A stretch of 11,244 bases of DNA from Archangium sp. (GTDB lineage: Bacteria > Myxococcota > Myxococcia > Myxococcales > Myxococcaceae), in contig JANLPS010000421.1 in assembly GCA_031367385.1 (NCBI GenBank), forward strand, positions 1-11,244. Reading direction: 5' to 3'. A program made the translations under genes and the position numbers. The first letter of the stretch is position 1. Each line of letters starts with the position of its first letter. Below are positions 7,274 to 11,244 of this stretch, in pieces. Below the pieces are notes generated by a model. It was not told the origin of the DNA. It ran no database searches and saw only the letters and a list, made by a program, of their open reading frames with translations.

Positions 7274-7854
7274 ATCGGCGGCGGCTGGTCGGTGCCTTGG
7301 CCGCCGCGCTCGCATTGACCGCGGTGCCGAAACGAGCCCTCGCCGAACGAAGGATTCGGCCTCCAGGGGCGCTCCCGCCTGGGGCCTTCGAGCAAGCGTG
7401 CGTGGGCTGTTACCGATGTGCCGAGGTGTGCCCCACTCGGTGCATCGCGTTTCCCTCTGGGTTGACGCTCGAGCAAACGCTGCCTCAGCTCGACTTGTCT
7501 TCGAGGGCCTGCGTGCTGTGTATGCAGTGCACCCAGGTCTGCCCGACTGATGCCCTGGTGCCCATTCTGGCCGACACCGAAACGGTCGCTTCGCAGGTGC
7601 GAATGGGGGTGCCGGTGCTCACCCGCTCGAAGTGCCTGCCGTGGACTGGCGCAGGCATCTGCCGGCTCTGCTACCAGGTCTGCCCCTACCCTGACCGCGC
7701 GGTCGAGCTGGTCGGGCCGCAAAAGGCGCCCCTGTTTCACGCGGAGGCCTGTGTGGGGTGCGGGCTGTGCGAAGAAGCCTGCCCCGACAAGGCTTCGGCG
7801 ATCGTGATTGAGCCACTGGGTACGGTCGGGCCCGTTGTGCGAGGCGCGCCGTGA
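7270..7854 (+). CDS. NapG/MauM-family Tat-exported polyferredoxin (4 x 4Fe-4S), about 194 aa
   Basis: TTG start overlaps the upstream stop (TTGA), with GGAG at 7261-7264. Twin-arginine leader MNRRRLV...ALA, IRPPGA signature, and Cys groups CVGCYRCAEVCP, CVLCMQCTQVCP, C...CRLCYQVCP, CVGCGLCEEACP. This is the 3' half of track ORF 6652..7854. Confidence 0.9.
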   Translation: MNRRRLVGALAAALALTAVPKRALAERRIRPPGALPPGAFEQACVGCYRCAEVCPTRCIAFPSGLTLEQTLPQLDLSSRACVLCMQCTQVCPTDALVPILADTETVASQVRMGVPVLTRSKCLPWTGAGICRLCYQVCPYPDRAVELVGPQKAPLFHAEACVGCGLCEEACPDKASAIVIEPLGTVGPVVRGAP

Positions 7855-10010
7855 GCCGCCCATCGCTCAACACCATCGTGCGCGCCCGGTTCTCGCGCAG
7901 AGACCTGGTCAAGGCTGGGCCCCTCGTTGCGGTTGCCGCTGGCGCCGTCGGTCTCGGGGTGTGCGGTGACAAGGCCGAGGCCTTGGTGCACACCGACGGC
8001 ACGTGCCGGTTCTGCCTCATGCACTGTGGCATCACGACCGAGGTGCGTGGCACGCACCTGGTGAAGGTCGAGGGCCGGCTCGCGTCGAGAACCCGGGGCT
8101 TTTTGTGCGAGCATGGGTTTGCCCTGCGTGAGGTCGTGCACAGCCACGAACGCCTGCAGCAACCGTTGATTCGCCGCGGAGATGCGTTTCACGAAGTGTC
8201 GTGGCCCGAAGCGCTGGCAGAAGTCGCGCGCCGACTTGAAGCGGTGAAGCGGGCACACGGCCCAGAGGCGTTTGTCATTCGCACCGGGTGGCCGCTGGTT
8301 CGACACCCGCTGGTGAATTTTCTGCACCGCTTCGCGCGGGCGTTCGGTTCTCCAAATGTAGCGACGGTGTCGAGCCTGTGTGAGGCCTCGCTGCGCATGG
8401 GCCAGGCCCTCACGGTCGGCAGCAAATACTCACCAGATCTCCATCAGACCAAGACGCTCTGCGTCTGGGGCGCCAACCCGCCCACTTCAGCTCCGCCGTT
8501 CGCGCACCTGGTATCGGCGAAGGCCACGACCGGCACGTTGATCGTCGTCGACCCGATCAAGACCAACCTGGCCAAAGAAGCGACGCTTCATCTCCAGGTG
8601 CGCCCCGGCTTCGACGGAGCCCTCGCTCTCGGCATGGTCAACGTGGTGATCTCCGAGGGGCTCTACGATGCCGCTTTCGTGGCCCAGCAGACCATCGGGT
8701 TCGAAGCACTGAAGGCGCTCGCCATGCAGTACCCGCTGGCCCGCACCGAGCAGCTCACCTCGGTACCCGCTGAGTCGATTGCGCGCGCGGCGCGAGCGCT
8801 CGCGACGCAGGGCCCGTCTGGCATCTGGGCTGGCCTGGGCGTTGAGCACCACGAGAACGGCGTTCAAGCGATTCGCGCCATTGCCTCACTCGAAGCCCTC
8901 TGCGGCCGGTGGAATGGGCAGCAGAGCCCGCGAACGGTCGTCTCTCCCATGCACGAAGACTTTTTCTCCCAGATGCTTCCCGCGTTGTACGACATGAAGA
9001 CCCCCGAGCCCGTGCCCCCCGCACCTCGTGCACGCGCCCTGGGTCACGGCGCCTTTCCGTTGTTCGAGATGTACAACCGCGAAGCGCAGGGCGAGCTGCT
9101 GGCCGACGCGATTCTCGACGACACGCCGTACCCGGTGCGCGCGCTGATGCTGGTCGCCAGCAACGCGTTGATCACATCACAAGGGGGCGCACGGCTCGAG
9201 AAAGCCTTCGACGCGCTCGAGGTGGTGGTCGTGGTCGACCCATTCTTCACCGCTTCTGCGCAGCGCGCCGACATCGTGTTGCCCTCGACCACCTTTGCTG
9301 AATCACTCGATGTCGACGACGCCGCCGCCGTCGCGCGCGGCAGTCTGGTGCCAGTGCAGCATGGTGCGAGGCCTGACTTCACCATTCTGACCGAGCTGGC
9401 CCGCGTGATGGGGCTCGGTCACTACTTCCCGTGGCAGAATTTGCACGAGGCGATCTCCGCGCCCCACGTACCGTGGATGACCGACCCTCGGTCTCAACCG
9501 CTCCCCAGACCCGAGACCGCGACGCCCACCTTCGGCACACTTTCGGGCAAAGCCGAGTTCACCAGCCGACTGCTGCCCGAGTTTGGGCACCCAGCGCTTC
9601 CGGAGTTTACGGCGCCAACCGAGCCGCTCACGCCCGAGTTTCCGGTGAGGTTGATCACAGGGCCCCGTCCGCGGGCGTACATCAACTCCCAATTTCGCGG
9701 GGCACCGAGCATCAAGGCTCGAATGCGAGAGGCCGAGGTGATGATGCACCCCCAGGTTGCTGCGCGCTTCGAGGTGACCCACAACCAGCTCGTCATGCTC
9801 GTCTCACCGCATGGGCGCCTGACGTTGCGCGCAGTGGTGACCGCCGACGTGCACCCGGAGTGCGTGGTGATCTCAGCCGGGTGGGCCACCGCCAACGCCA
9901 ATCGCCTCATCTCGCCCGATAAACGAGACCCCATCAGTGGGTTTCCCGCATTTCGGTCGGGCGTCTGCCGTGTCGAGCCAGCCACGTCAGCGACTCCAGC
10001 GACCGAGTGA
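7851..10010 (+). CDS. DMSO-reductase-superfamily Mo/W-bisPGD oxidoreductase catalytic subunit with Tat signal, substrate unknown, 719 aa
   Basis: GTG start overlaps the upstream stop (GTGA). SRRDLVK Tat motif, FS0 motif C-x2-C-x3-C-x26-C, and ERLQQPLIR, VSWPEAL, RFARAFGSPN-SSLC, WGANP, VVDP, RPGFDGALALGM, DPFFTASAQRADIVLP. C-terminal dinucleotide-binding domain (MHPQVA, SPHG, GW-NAN). Confidence 0.93.
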   Translation: MSRPSLNTIVRARFSRRDLVKAGPLVAVAAGAVGLGVCGDKAEALVHTDGTCRFCLMHCGITTEVRGTHLVKVEGRLASRTRGFLCEHGFALREVVHSHERLQQPLIRRGDAFHEVSWPEALAEVARRLEAVKRAHGPEAFVIRTGWPLVRHPLVNFLHRFARAFGSPNVATVSSLCEASLRMGQALTVGSKYSPDLHQTKTLCVWGANPPTSAPPFAHLVSAKATTGTLIVVDPIKTNLAKEATLHLQVRPGFDGALALGMVNVVISEGLYDAAFVAQQTIGFEALKALAMQYPLARTEQLTSVPAESIARAARALATQGPSGIWAGLGVEHHENGVQAIRAIASLEALCGRWNGQQSPRTVVSPMHEDFFSQMLPALYDMKTPEPVPPAPRARALGHGAFPLFEMYNREAQGELLADAILDDTPYPVRALMLVASNALITSQGGARLEKAFDALEVVVVVDPFFTASAQRADIVLPSTTFAESLDVDDAAAVARGSLVPVQHGARPDFTILTELARVMGLGHYFPWQNLHEAISAPHVPWMTDPRSQPLPRPETATPTFGTLSGKAEFTSRLLPEFGHPALPEFTAPTEPLTPEFPVRLITGPRPRAYINSQFRGAPSIKARMREAEVMMHPQVAARFEVTHNQLVMLVSPHGRLTLRAVVTADVHPECVVISAGWATANANRLISPDKRDPISGFPAFRSGVCRVEPATSATPATE

Positions 10011-10059
10011 GTGAGTGCTGAGCGCCTGGGAGTCGCTCGCAAAAAATCGCGGCAACGCT

Positions 10060-10490
10060 CGGTCTTTTCGACGGTGAGGTGACCGCCCACGCCAGGTCGG
10101 TACCAAATGGTAACCCCGATTTTGTTGTCGCTCATCACCGCTCCGACCTGGGCGAAGGCCCGAATCGCGTGGGCATTGGCGACGGCGACCAGGCCGCCTT
10201 CGGCGGTCGACTCGGAGTTCTTTGGTCTGAGGCGGAGCATCGACCAGGTGGTTGAACCGCGCGGCTTTGCCCTTGCCCATCACCTGAGCAATCACGTCGA
10301 TAGGTGCAGATTCGCCGAGTTGACCGGCACGATGCGAATCGATAGGCGCTCGGCGTCGGGCTCTTTGATCTTCCCGTCGGCCGCGGCGTACATGTTGCGC
10401 GCGAAGACCGCCGTGTTCTGCTCGTTGTATTGGCGAGCAGGCGCAATGCTGCCGCTGGTGCCTTGAGCGAAAGTCGCTGTCTGCTCCGCC
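10060..10490 (-). pseudogene. Possible decayed/frameshifted gene remnant, unidentified
   Basis: One minus-strand frame reads protein-like with G/C-ending codons (QYNEQNTAVFARNMYAAADGKIKEPDAE...; ...STAEGGLVAVANAHAIRAFAQVGAVMSDNKIGVTIWYRPGVGGHLTVEK) but is broken by TGA stops near 10283-10294. No clear start or RBS. Confidence 0.3.
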
Positions 10491-10497
10491 CCCGCAC

Positions 10498-11244
10498 TTA
10501 GGGCGTACGAAGCCCCGGGGCCGGTGCGGTCTCGGTCGCTGCCCCTTGCATTCGGTAGAGCGCGAGCAGCCAGGCGCCGGCTGAAGCGATGAACGCCACC
10601 GCGGCGAGGGTCATCCACTTCAGGTAATTTGCGGAGTCGAGCTGCATCATCACGCGCGCGATCATCGCGACCCACGTGCCAGCGGCCATCGCAATGGTCG
10701 CCTTCGCCCACCCCTGCAGCCACGCCTGGTGACCGCCATGTGCCGCCATCACGTGGTGCCCGATGGTCATCGACAGCAAGCTGAAGCCGCCGATGAAGAT
10801 GACGTGCAAGCCCGCTGAGCGCTGCATTGGCCACAGCGTCAAGAGCAGGTACCCCACCGGCAGGCACCACGCAGCGAACCACACCAGGCGCCGGTTCAAC
10901 CCTGGCTCGGTCGGCCACACCCACAGGCGCGCACCGCGCACCAGCACTGCACTGGCGACCACCAGCCGCAAGCCGTACCCCACGCGCATCGAAGCCATCG
11001 GCTCAGCCTGAATGACGAAGCTCGCGGCGAACGCGACGGCGAGCGCTCCATGCAGAATCAGCGCATCACGGGTGAGCGGCTTGGGGGGCTCGGCGCGAGT
11101 CACCACCGGCACCAACATGGCCCCGATGCCCATCACCAGCGAGGCCATCAGCCCCTCGAGCAGCAACCCCTTGCCCAGCGCGTGCAAGCTCGGCATCGCG
11201 GTCAAGACCGCGCCGATCAACCCGAAACCCAAGCCCAGCGGTAC
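10498..11244 (-). CDS. nnrS: NnrS-family membrane protein, 5' end outside window
   Basis: The frame is open to the window edge. Multi-TM protein with AGLHVIFIGGFSLLSMTIGHHVMAAHGG, matching the NnrS LH..IGG...V..HGG motif, followed by the A-R-V helix and a terminal W-containing helix. Confidence 0.8.
   Translation of the reverse strand, partial: VPLGLGFGLIGAVLTAMPSLHALGKGLLLEGLMASLVMGIGAMLVPVVTRAEPPKPLTRDALILHGALAVAFAASFVIQAEPMASMRVGYGLRLVVASAVLVRGARLWVWPTEPGLNRRLVWFAAWCLPVGYLLLTLWPMQRSAGLHVIFIGGFSLLSMTIGHHVMAAHGGHQAWLQGWAKATIAMAAGTWVAMIARVMMQLDSANYLKWMTLAAVAFIASAGAWLLALYRMQGAATETAPAPGLRTP

Noticed and set aside
7851..10010. Calling this napA because of the napGH-like neighbours
   Set aside because: It lacks the NapA C-M-A-S-A active-site segment, and no napB or napD is present in the operon.
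10033..10062. Minus-strand T6 tract as a terminator or a fourth palindrome copy
   Set aside because: The stem is too weak and the arms do not match CGCA-N5-TGCG.
1..11244. CRISPR arrays, tRNA/rRNA genes, IS elements, FNR/Rex boxes
   Set aside because: No spaced direct repeats, RNA-gene signatures, transposase motifs or convincing TTGAT-N4-ATCAA or Rex dyads were seen by eye.

Overview
GC-rich bacterial anaerobic-respiration locus. A Myxococcota/deltaproteobacterial origin is an inference from gene content and protein style. Left arm, minus strand: monoheme cytochrome c -> predicted outer-membrane beta-barrel -> lipoprotein multiheme cytochrome c (at least 10 CxxCH, cut by the window edge and absent from the supplied ORF track). 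This is a porin-cytochrome type extracellular electron transfer module. An OmcA/MtrC-family decaheme lipoprotein is transcribed divergently from it. Next is a tightly coupled plus-strand operon: DoxX - NapH-like - NapG-like - Tat-signal, Cys-ligated DMSO-reductase-family molybdoenzyme that does not look like NapA. That operon is preceded by a sigma-54-like -24/-12 element. A CGCA-N5-TGCG palindrome occurs in both large intergenic regions. The window ends with a possible decayed ORF and the 3' part of a convergent NnrS-family gene.
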